From contig JBAXLI010000008.1 in assembly GCA_037134895.1 (NCBI GenBank), forward strand, positions 17,294 through 81,293: a stretch of DNA of 64,000 nt. The letters run 5' to 3'. Origin of the DNA: Bacteroidota bacterium (GTDB lineage: Bacteria > Bacteroidota > Bacteroidia > Bacteroidales > FEN-979). Below the pieces are notes generated by a model, which saw nothing but the letters and a program-made list of their open reading frames with translations, made no database searches and was not told where the DNA came from. How positions within the stretch are numbered: the first letter of the stretch is position 1; every line of letters begins with the position of its first letter. Shown here piece by piece: positions 26,234 to 35,600 of the stretch. A program made the position numbers and the translations under genes.

Positions 26234-28519
26234 GTGAACGATAAGCTGAAAACACTTGCGAATCAAAGGTGGACTTTCCCATTCATTATGGTCCTTCTTC
26301 TCATCATTACACTTTCGGTGAGGATGTTGTCGGATCCCGACCTTGGCACTCATCTCAGCGGGGGCAGGTGGATCGCCGAACACCACACGGTACCTCACAA
26401 GGACTTTTCGACCTACACAGTAACTGATCACCGGTACATCGATATTTACTGGGTTTTCCAGCTCCTCGTATATGGGATGTATTCGCTGGGGGGGTATGCT
26501 GGTCTGAGCCTGCTGGTGACCACTCTGAGCCTGATCCTCTTCTTACTTCTTTCCTACCGGAATCAGAACGAAAAAATTCCTACCGGGATCGGTATCTTTC
26601 TGCTGATGTTTGCTTTCCTCGTAATTGAGCCAAGGTTGATTCTCAGGCCCGAGCTGTTTACCTACATCTTCATAGTATGCCTGGTTTTTATTCTCGATCT
26701 TTATAACTCACGGCAAAAGGACCTGCTGTTTCTTCTCCCCTTTATCATGCTTGTATGGTGCAATATGCAGGGCCTTTTCGTGCTCGGGCTGGGTATAATC
26801 GTGATTTACTTTGCAGGGAAATTTATTTCAGACCGTAAACCTGATTACAGGCTGGGTTTGATCCTCCTTGCTTCTGTTCTTGCTTGTCTTGTAAATCCCT
26901 ATTTTTACAGGGGCTTCCTTCTGCCTTTTGAACTCTTCTCCCGCCTGGAGGGTGAAAACATTTTCCATCAGCATATCAGGGAGCTGAGTTCTTTCGCTTC
27001 TCCCGACAGGATGTTTTTCAAGGATTTTCTTTTCCTTGCCTGGTCGCTGCTCTGCTTTATTTCTTTTCTTTTCAGCTGGCGGATGAGGAAGGTTCATGAA
27101 GGGCTGCTGATGCTTGTTTTCTTTTACCTTGCCGTCATCTCAGTGAGAAATATCCCCTTGTTTGTTGTCATCTCAATTCCGGTTGCAGGTCGTTCGCTGA
27201 ATGATATCAGAACCGGGCTGGCCGGTAAGATGAATGGAAAGCTCATCCCTGCAGCCCGTAAACTTGCCTGGTGGCTTTGTATCCTGATCCCTGTTCTTTT
27301 AATTCCCAGGCTACTCACGAATTCTTATTACAGGGAGAATCAGTCCAACTCAAAAACCGGGCTGGGTATCGACAAATGGTATCAGCCGGTGAGGGTGGCG
27401 GATTTTATTAAGGATAATTATCTGAATGTCAGGTTCGTCAATAGTCTTGCTTTTGGCGGATGGCTTGGTTGGAGCCTGCAGCAGCCTGTTTTCATCGACG
27501 GCCGCCTGGAGGTCATGAAGGATGAGTTGTATACAGAAGTCGTTAACAGCTGGGACGGCAAATTGCCTGCTCTTTTAAGCAAGTATAAACCTGGTTTGAT
27601 CGTCTACAATTACCTGAAGTATTATCCCTGGACTGTGCAGTTGAAAACAATGACCCATTGGCAACTGGTTTATGCCGACGGTTTCAGTGCCGTATTCGCC
27701 GAAGATGGACTGGCAGGAGGCACCCCTGGCCTGATAAGGCTTGATTCAGTCATGGTATCCGGCTTGATGAATAAGGATGTTGTCAAAATCAGGGAAACTT
27801 TGTTGCGAAAACCCTTTACCACGGCGATGAAAAGCTGGCTTTGGGGTTATTACAGGCCTTTTGACTATGCTAATGAAGAAACCCTGAACAAGGCTTCGCT
27901 GATGTTTCAGCTTGGCTTGTACGAGGCTGCCGAGATGTTGTTCCTGCAGTATCTTGATAAGGCTGATGGACAGAATTTTACTGTTTTTTACGCTCTTGCC
28001 GATATCTACCGGTATATAGGGACAAACGACCTGGCCCGGATATGCTGTAACCGTATACTTGAAGTTGATCAGAAGGATGCAGCCGCTATCAGAACAATAG
28101 AAGAGCTTGATAAGGCACCGCCTTTCTCCCCTCCAGCCGGAATTAAGCAAACATCTGAACCTGATGCTGTAAGTTCCTTTAACCGGGGCAACGATTATTT
28201 CAGGAACGGCCTGCCTGATAAAGCGCTGGAAGCATATAATGAAGCTCTCAAGATTAGTCCGGGCTACATCAAAGCCCTTAACAACCGTGGAATATTACTG
28301 GCATCATCCTTCAGGAGATATAAGGAGGCTATTGCAGATTTTTCTGAGGTGATAAAAATTGATCCGGCCAATGCCGATGCATGCCTTGGAAGAGGTTCAT
28401 GTTATTTTCAGCTCAACGAAACCGGCAAGGCCTGTAAGGACTGGGAAAAGGCATTCGGTCTGGGGAAGCAGGAAGCTGGAGTATTGCTTCAGCAACATTG
28501 CGGCTCGCAAAGAAAATAA
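26234..28519 (+). CDS. Polytopic membrane protein with C-terminal TPR repeats (possible GT-C-type glycosyltransferase-like)
   Basis: 761 aa. It has about 10-12 TM helices in the first 350 aa, and TPR-like repeats at the C-terminus (..ALEAYNEALKISPGYIKALNNRGILL.., ..AIADFSEVIKIDPANADACLGRGSCYF..). The start is GTG and uncertain. Confidence 0.55.
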   Translation: MNDKLKTLANQRWTFPFIMVLLLIITLSVRMLSDPDLGTHLSGGRWIAEHHTVPHKDFSTYTVTDHRYIDIYWVFQLLVYGMYSLGGYAGLSLLVTTLSLILFLLLSYRNQNEKIPTGIGIFLLMFAFLVIEPRLILRPELFTYIFIVCLVFILDLYNSRQKDLLFLLPFIMLVWCNMQGLFVLGLGIIVIYFAGKFISDRKPDYRLGLILLASVLACLVNPYFYRGFLLPFELFSRLEGENIFHQHIRELSSFASPDRMFFKDFLFLAWSLLCFISFLFSWRMRKVHEGLLMLVFFYLAVISVRNIPLFVVISIPVAGRSLNDIRTGLAGKMNGKLIPAARKLAWWLCILIPVLLIPRLLTNSYYRENQSNSKTGLGIDKWYQPVRVADFIKDNYLNVRFVNSLAFGGWLGWSLQQPVFIDGRLEVMKDELYTEVVNSWDGKLPALLSKYKPGLIVYNYLKYYPWTVQLKTMTHWQLVYADGFSAVFAEDGLAGGTPGLIRLDSVMVSGLMNKDVVKIRETLLRKPFTTAMKSWLWGYYRPFDYANEETLNKASLMFQLGLYEAAEMLFLQYLDKADGQNFTVFYALADIYRYIGTNDLARICCNRILEVDQKDAAAIRTIEELDKAPPFSPPAGIKQTSEPDAVSSFNRGNDYFRNGLPDKALEAYNEALKISPGYIKALNNRGILLASSFRRYKEAIADFSEVIKIDPANADACLGRGSCYFQLNETGKACKDWEKAFGLGKQEAGVLLQQHCGSQRK

Positions 28520-28552
28520 TCATAACTTTGCAGCTCAATTTTAGGTCCTTCC

Positions 28553-30454
28553 ATGAGCGATTATATTCATCATGAATGCGGGATAGCCCTCGTAAGACTT
28601 TTAAAGCCACTGGAATTCTACCTGGCTAAATACGGAACTGCTTTTTATGGCCTGAACAAGCTGCATCTCCTGATGGAAAAGCAACATAACCGCGGGCAGG
28701 ATGGGGCAGGGGTTGCAGCAATTAAATTCGACCTTGAACCCGGCAACCGGTTTATTCACGCGCTTCGTTCCAATGCTGAGTCTCCCATCCAGGATATTTT
28801 CGGTAAGATCAATAAGAAACTAAAAGATATAGAAGAACGTCATCCTAAGAACCTGCTGGATATTCAATGGCTGAAGCAGAACATCGATTTCATGGGCGAG
28901 TTGTACCTGGGCCACCTCAGGTACGGGACTTTTGGCAAGAACTCAACCCTCAGCCTGCATCCTTTTGTTCGCGAGAATAACTGGCTTACTAAAAATCTGG
29001 TCGTTGCAGGGAATTTCAACCTGACCAATGTTGACGAACTTTTTAACAAGCTCATCGACCTTGGTCAATACCCTATTGAAACTTCTGATACGATTACCAT
29101 TCTTGAGAAGATCGGTCATTTTCTTGATGAGGAAAATGAAGAACTTTACTGGAAATTCAAGAACCTTGGATTCAAGAAGCGAGAGATCACAGTTGAAATC
29201 GCAAGGAACCTGAATGTACAGAAGATCCTGAGAAGATCAGCAAAATACTGGGACGGAGGTTATGTGATTGCCGGGATGTTTGGACACGGAGATGCTTTCG
29301 TGATGAGAGACCCTTCAGGAATACGTCCGGCTTTCTATTTCAGGAATGATGAAATTGTTGTTGTGACTTCCGAAAGGCCGGTGATCCAGACCGTGATGAA
29401 CGTATCTATTGATTCAGTGCATGAACTTAAGCCGGGACATGCCCTGATTGTAAAGCAGGATGGCAGGGTCAGCGAGAAAGAATTTCATAAGCCGCTTGAG
29501 AAGAAATCCTGCTCTTTCGAGCGAATTTATTTTTCGAGGGGTACCGACAGGGATATCTACCAGGAAAGGAAGCAACTTGGAAGATTCCTTTCTCCGGGTA
29601 TTTTAAAAGCAATTGACTACGACCTTGACAATACAGTGTTTTCGTATATACCCAATACGGCAGTTGATGCTTATTACGGACTGATAGAGGAGATCGGCAA
29701 TTATTGCAATACAATTAAGGCCGATCGTATACTAAAGGCCGGGAAAAACCTTGACAGGGAGAAAATAGAAAAGATACTGAAGTTTCAGCCAAGGGCTGAA
29801 AAAGTCGCGGTCAAGGATTTGAAGCTCAGGACCTTCATCACGCAGGATTCCCAGAGAAACGACCTTGCCGCACATGTATATGATATAACCTACGGAAGTA
29901 TCAGGCCGGGCCTCGACAACCTGGTGATTCTGGATGATTCCATCGTTAGGGGAACTACCCTCAAGCAGAGCATTATAAGGATTCTAAGCCGGCTCGGACC
30001 AAGGAAAATCGTGATTGCTTCATCAGCTCCCCAGATACGTTTCCCCGACTGTTACGGCATCGATATGGCAAAGGTTGCAGATTTTATTGCATTTAAAGCT
30101 GCTATTGAGCTTCTCAGGGAAACACATCAGGAAGGAATCATTAATTCGGTTTACAAGAAATCAAAAGCCCAGGAAAAGCTTCAAAAGGAAAAAATTGTAA
30201 ACTACGTTAAGGAGATCTATCAGCCCTTCACTCCTGAACAAATTGCCGCCAAAGTTGCTGCACTGGTCACTCCTGAGAACTGTGGAGCAAGAGTAGAGAT
30301 TGTTTATCAGACTATCGAAGATCTGCATAAAGCCTGTCCAGGGCATACTGGAGACTGGTATTTCACAGGCAATTACCCCACTCCCGGAGGGAACAAGGTG
30401 TCGAACAAGGCCTTTATAAACTATATCGAGGGGAAAAACGTAAGAGCGTATTAA
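28553..30454 (+). CDS. purF: Amidophosphoribosyltransferase (long, Bacteroidota-type class II glutamine amidotransferase)
   Basis: 633 aa. It has an N-terminal nucleophile Cys after Met-propeptide-like residues (MSDYIHHECGIA), GHLRYGT, and the PRPP-binding motif LVILDDSIVRGTT. Confidence 0.8.
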   Translation: MSDYIHHECGIALVRLLKPLEFYLAKYGTAFYGLNKLHLLMEKQHNRGQDGAGVAAIKFDLEPGNRFIHALRSNAESPIQDIFGKINKKLKDIEERHPKNLLDIQWLKQNIDFMGELYLGHLRYGTFGKNSTLSLHPFVRENNWLTKNLVVAGNFNLTNVDELFNKLIDLGQYPIETSDTITILEKIGHFLDEENEELYWKFKNLGFKKREITVEIARNLNVQKILRRSAKYWDGGYVIAGMFGHGDAFVMRDPSGIRPAFYFRNDEIVVVTSERPVIQTVMNVSIDSVHELKPGHALIVKQDGRVSEKEFHKPLEKKSCSFERIYFSRGTDRDIYQERKQLGRFLSPGILKAIDYDLDNTVFSYIPNTAVDAYYGLIEEIGNYCNTIKADRILKAGKNLDREKIEKILKFQPRAEKVAVKDLKLRTFITQDSQRNDLAAHVYDITYGSIRPGLDNLVILDDSIVRGTTLKQSIIRILSRLGPRKIVIASSAPQIRFPDCYGIDMAKVADFIAFKAAIELLRETHQEGIINSVYKKSKAQEKLQKEKIVNYVKEIYQPFTPEQIAAKVAALVTPENCGARVEIVYQTIEDLHKACPGHTGDWYFTGNYPTPGGNKVSNKAFINYIEGKNVRAY

Positions 30455-30457
30455 AAG

Positions 30458-30518
30458 TTACGAATTACGAGTTACGAGTTTCGAATTATGGTTATTACAC
30501 TCGTCACTTGTCACTCAA
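30458..30518. repeat. Heptamer array locus L4: class B' x4-5, spacer, class B x3 (imperfect hairpin)
   Basis: TTACGAA TTACGAG TTACGAG TTTCGAA (30458..30485), then CACTCGT CACTTGT CACTCAA (30498..30518). It starts 4 nt after the purF stop. The last unit contains the HIT stop (30515..30517). Confidence 0.85.
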
Positions 30519-30907
30519 ATCGCTTCCGATATCTTCTTCGCAATAGCAGCCAGTTCCTCGTTTGTGAACTTCAGTTTTGGTTTGCGAAAATCCATATCAT
30601 ACATCGTCTTCAAAGGGATAAGATGGATATGGGTATGGGGCACTTCCAGGCCAATAACGGTGATACCTATCCGCTGACAGGGTACAACCTTTTCAATGGC
30701 CTTTCCAACTTTTTTTGCAAAATTCCATAAGCCCGCATGGAGATCGTTTTCCATATCAAAAATGTAATTGATCTCTTTTTTAGGAATTATAAGGGTGTGT
30801 CCTTCCTGAAGTGGATTGATATCCAGAAATGCGAGGTAATCATCATCTTCAGTGACTTTATGACAAGGGATCTCTCCGTTTACAATACGAGTGAAAATAC
30901 TGGCCAT
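30515..30907 (-). CDS. HIT-family (histidine triad) protein
   Basis: Start trimmed to ATG 30907 (MASIFTRIVNGEIPCHKV..). The histidine triad is VPHTHIHLIP. 130 aa. Confidence 0.85.
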   Translation of the reverse strand: MASIFTRIVNGEIPCHKVTEDDDYLAFLDINPLQEGHTLIIPKKEINYIFDMENDLHAGLWNFAKKVGKAIEKVVPCQRIGITVIGLEVPHTHIHLIPLKTMYDMDFRKPKLKFTNEELAAIAKKISEAI

Positions 30908-30908
30908 T

Positions 30909-31394
30909 TTAACTGTTTTGTCTTGATATTTCAATGATTTCAAATGCGATGCTTCCGGCCGGTATAGTGATCTCAACTTTTTCCCCCAGGGTTTTCCCAA
31001 GCAGGCCTTTTGCAATCGGAGAACTCACCGATAATTTGAAGACTTTGATATTGGCTTCATTCTCGGGTACCAGGGTGTAAGTTACAAGGCTTCCGTTTGT
31101 AGTGTTTCTAAGTTTCACGGTCGAGAAAATCAGAACTTTGGTGTTATCGAGTTTCTTTTCATCTATAAGACGGGCGTTACTTACGGTATCCTGAAGCTTG
31201 GAGATCTTAAGCTCAAGCATTGACTGGGCTTCTTTGGCAGCGGCATATTCGGCATTCTCTGACAGGTCGCCTTTATCCCTTGCTTCAGCAATCTGCCTTG
31301 AGATTGACGGTCTTTCAACCATTACCAATTGCTGCAGTTCATCTTTCAGTTTCTGCAGTCCTTCAGGGGTATAGTATTTAATATCCGTCGACAT
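30909..31394 (-). CDS. greA: Transcription elongation factor GreA
   Basis: Start trimmed to ATG 31394 (MSTDIKYYTPEGLQKLKDEL..). Motif ..ARDKGDLSENAEYAAAKE.. is present. 161 aa. Confidence 0.85.
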   Translation of the reverse strand: MSTDIKYYTPEGLQKLKDELQQLVMVERPSISRQIAEARDKGDLSENAEYAAAKEAQSMLELKISKLQDTVSNARLIDEKKLDNTKVLIFSTVKLRNTTNGSLVTYTLVPENEANIKVFKLSVSSPIAKGLLGKTLGEKVEITIPAGSIAFEIIEISRQNS

Positions 31395-31420
31395 AAGATT
31401 CAGGTTGAGATCATAATAAG

Positions 31421-31449
31421 GCAAAAGACCCTTTTAAAGGGTCCTTTGC
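31421..31449 (-). terminator. Candidate terminator hairpin downstream of the PorV-like gene
   Basis: GCAAAAGACCCTTT T AAAGGGTCCTTTGC is a near-perfect palindrome with 14-nt arms and one mismatch. It is intergenic once greA is started at 31394. Confidence 0.5.
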
Positions 31450-31483
31450 AAGAAAAAGAATTTCAGTGGAGCGTTCTAAGAGA

Positions 31484-32590
31484 CTAGAAATTAAGTTTTA
31501 ATCCTACACTATGAGTTCCGGAATAGGGGTTGGTTGCACGATATGAATAGTCGATACCGATACCACTGCCTTTTTCCTTGTTGAAAGGAACGGAGACAGT
31601 AAAGCCGGCATTAAGCCCGGTGAAGACTGTTCCACGGTCGGCAAGGGTCGAATTGAACATTCCACCCTGGTAAGTATATCCTGCGCGAACTGCGAAGTAA
31701 TATTTGAGGTCATATTCAAGACCCAGGGTAAACTGGTCTTTAGTAAACGAGTTGGACGTGAAGTTTCCGGCAAGAATAATCTTATTCATGTCGTTAATGT
31801 TGAAATCATAAGAAGCGCCGATTCTCAATGTAGCCGGAAGTTCATAGGATGCTGACCTCTGTTCAACAGTGAAAAGGTCGTTGTCGTTGCCGTGGGAAGG
31901 AATAATACCACGGAAAGCAAGACCATCACCACGGAATTTAAGGTTGGATCCAACGTTCTTCAAAGCAACACCAAACTTTACCTGCTGCTTCTCTCCGGTT
32001 ACGTAAAGAACCCCTGCATCAATTGCAATGGCCATGGCGCTGGCATCGGCTATGGCCTCATTAACGAGTTTGATGTTCAAACCGCCGTAGATGCTGTTGG
32101 AAAAGGCTTTTGCATAAGAAAGGTTAATATTCAGGTAGCTTGGTTTAAAGGTTCCAAGACCGCCCTGGGGTGAGTTTGTCGTTGTAATCTGGATTTCGCC
32201 AAAGTTCATCGACATGAACGATGCACTGAGTACACCACCGCTCTTCCCAAGAGACTGGCTGAAACCGAAGGCCATAACGTTAACTCCTGAACCGGATAAC
32301 CAGTTCGTATACGAAAAGATTATTTCGGTCCCCTTTGTGAAGGCAGTACCTGCAATATTGGTATACATAGCCTCAAGGCCCTGTGTACAGGAGGTTCCGA
32401 CGGAACCCCAGCCTGAACTCCTGGCCCATGGGTTGATCAGTAATTCCGATGCACCGGCCTGGCCCGAACGGTCTTTATTACCGGCAGAGGCCTGATAGGT
32501 TGGAGCGACAACCAATCCGACGAAGAATATTGCAATCAGAAGTCTGTATATATTTTTCATAGTCCTGAATTTTTTTGTTGTTAGCATCAT
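31484..32590 (-). CDS. PorV/PorQ-family-like outer-membrane beta-barrel protein
   Basis: 368 aa with a signal peptide. The N-terminal motif GQAGASELLINPWARSSGWG resembles the AGA.fL.i...AR..alG signature of PorV/PorQ. Alternating beta-strands end in ...HSVGLKLNF. The assignment is from memory of the family motif only. Confidence 0.5.
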   Translation of the reverse strand: MMLTTKKFRTMKNIYRLLIAIFFVGLVVAPTYQASAGNKDRSGQAGASELLINPWARSSGWGSVGTSCTQGLEAMYTNIAGTAFTKGTEIIFSYTNWLSGSGVNVMAFGFSQSLGKSGGVLSASFMSMNFGEIQITTTNSPQGGLGTFKPSYLNINLSYAKAFSNSIYGGLNIKLVNEAIADASAMAIAIDAGVLYVTGEKQQVKFGVALKNVGSNLKFRGDGLAFRGIIPSHGNDNDLFTVEQRSASYELPATLRIGASYDFNINDMNKIILAGNFTSNSFTKDQFTLGLEYDLKYYFAVRAGYTYQGGMFNSTLADRGTVFTGLNAGFTVSVPFNKEKGSGIGIDYSYRATNPYSGTHSVGLKLNF

Positions 32591-32608
32591 CTCAAAAAGT
32601 TTAAACCG

Positions 32609-35600
32609 TTACAATGAGTTCAAGTCAACAGGTCGCAACATTCCAAACCATCTGATGGTTCGTTCACCTAAATTATCAGCTTTGACGTGAATCAGGTAAA
32701 CCCCGCCGGAAATTGGAATTCCGGCAAAATTCTTGAGATCCCAATCAATAGATGTTTTAGCATCAGTATTTAGCCCGGCGGTTGAGGAGCGGGGCTCGGG
32801 GATACCGGCTTTATCGACATTATACTGACGGATTAATGTACCGCTCAGATCAAAGATCGTAACAGTACATTTTGTAGGAAGATTAACAATCTTGATTCGG
32901 TTGTCGAGCTGGTTACGCTCATAATCATCATATGCGTAATACGGATTGGGAACAACGTTGATAAGGTCAAGATCAGTTGTTGCCTTGTCTGTATTATTTT
33001 TCTGAGTGGCGATAGGGGTAGTGTTGAACATATAGACAGGGTAATTTCTGTTCAGTGTGTCTTTTGATGTCGAAGGCAAAGGCTCTGAATAGTACCTCTG
33101 ATAGGCCCTGTTAACACGGATTTTAATCGTTACCTGGTTGGCAAGCCAGGGTACTCCGTCAACCGACAATGGGATGGAAGTATACAATGCAGTACCGTAG
33201 GCAAGCCATTTATCGACTTTAGTTTGATTCATGACAGTGTATAATTTTGCTCCTGCATCATAAGCCGGGAAGACCTGAAATTTCGATGCATCAACAATTT
33301 TGGTCATATGACCCATGATGTAGATATAATGCTCACCACCGAATACCGGAGCTCCTGAAGGACTGAAAACACGGGAGGATGGGTTGAAGAGCATATCACT
33401 TCCGTTATCGGCGCCAAGCCAGGAATTTTCACCGAACATGATATTGAGGCGTTCACCTGTCTCAATATTGATTGCATAACCGGGGAACCAGCCCATACCT
33501 GTTGCACTGATATAATTGGAATTCAGGGTCGGGTTAACATTGCTAACTCCGGCCTGGCCTTCAATATTGACTGAAGGAGCTTTTCTGATGGAGAACTGCT
33601 CGGCATGGCCCTGGGACAAATTGGTATCAGAACAGAGTTCAATAACCGGACAACGAGTCCACTTTGATTTGTCAGGAGTAAATACAATATCTACGCTGGG
33701 AATATCGGTTAGCTTACAATAATCTCTTTTCTGTTTCAGCGAATAAGCAGGCCCGTTTTTATTAACAGTTTGTTCAACAGCAGCAGCAAGCACATACGGC
33801 GCCCATGTTGCCCCCGTTGCAGTCACTGTAGTTCCATTGATAGTGTATGGCACATCAAGAACCTGGATTTTTCCGAAGTTTTTGTTCGGGTCCCATGGCC
33901 GTTTTGGTGAACCGTCATAATCATAGTCATTATACTTCACCTGGGCGGCATTCGTGGTGGAATATGAGCCTGACCTGATCCAGTTCAATGGTGAGGCAGG
34001 AACATCGCTGTCGGGTACCCCGCTGAGCCACCTGGTAAGACTATCCTGGTAGATGGCTGCCGGGGCCCATAGCATCCCGTTATTCGATGCAACACCCTGG
34101 GCATTCACTGAGTCACCGGGATAAGGCACCTGGTTGATGGTAATAGCAAAACCAAGTTCGATAAAGAGGGACTCATATGGATAAATTGTTGAAGTATCTG
34201 AACGGAACGTTTTGAAATTGGTAAGGTCAACTGCGCTCCACTTTCCAAACATGATCTTTTTATTATAGAATGGATTGCCTGTTGATGGTCCGGGTACCAT
34301 GGAATCTAATTTGACCATGTATTTTCCGCTGATGACATTAAGAGGATCGATCACTTTGACCCCGATAGGTCCTGCGCCTACAGAATAGTTTGCCCTGTAA
34401 GCAATAGGGTAATCTGGTCCGCCATAAGTATTCGTTAAAGAATCAGCAGGAGGTTTCATCATGATAGAATCAACAGTGCTCTGGGTAAGGTTCAATATCA
34501 TACCGCCATTTCCCTGACCCTGGATACGTGTGATCTCAGGACCTTCGCCATAGAAAGAATTGGAAACGATCCCAACCGGTATATGAGGAATTGCTGTGTA
34601 CTGTTTGATGTTTCCACGGCCCCTCAGGTACGGGGTCTTCTGTCCGTCAAGTCCTGCAGGGTCATTCGGATTATACTGTTTGAAGTTATTGTAAGCGTAA
34701 GCAATGACCATGTAATAGTATTGCTTATGGTTGATAAAGGTAGGGTCTCCCTGTGAGAAAAGGTCAGTATTAAGTACAAACGAATGTTTGACACCGAGAT
34801 CTGTGCCATCGACCATCACCTGTCCTTTATTACCTCCGAGATTCGGGTCATATACCCAGTCGACGAGTTTTGTAACCCCGTTCTTGATATCACACTGGGC
34901 TACCTGTCTTGACTTGGTTGCATCATCGAGGTCGGCAGCAGAAACGGTAGCATCCTTTAACTGGTAGATCTGGTAACCTTCAAAGTGATACAGCGAATCG
35001 TAACGAACCTTCGAGGTAGTCGGAGTCTGAATGGTAGGATCATATTCCTGGTATTTTTCCTGGTAGTTATTTCCGGCATCATTCGATTTGCGGTTGGTCA
35101 GGTAAATGATCAGTTCCTGGTTGAGTTCTTCAATGGTCATATCCGGGGCATTGGGCCCGTTAAGAACGGCAAAACAGTTATCAAACAAAGTCTGGCATTT
35201 ATCGTCGACCTGCCTGAGTAATTCAACTGATTCGAGATTTGTGCCGGCGATACTGCGTGCCCAGGGAATACCCACAGTGATATAGTTACAGGCGCCAGGG
35301 AGAAGGGTAAATTCACCGGCTGACTGCATGAAACGACGGTCGGATGGATTGTTGCCTGCAGTTGCTTCTGTCCATGTGCCGGGCCTGTTGGGTTCAAGTC
35401 CGTAAGTCCCCCAAAGGCAGGGGTCTGAATCCCCGGGGAACATGAAATCGCAGGTAGGTCCGTAACCGCCACCCTGGAGGTTTCCGTTTCCGCCATAGAT
35501 CATCCTGGTGTTATCACGCCAGATCCCCTTAAGATAATTATAATACTGGGGAGCGTAAGCAGGGTCCTGCATATAATCGGGCACACCTGAATTGTTATGG

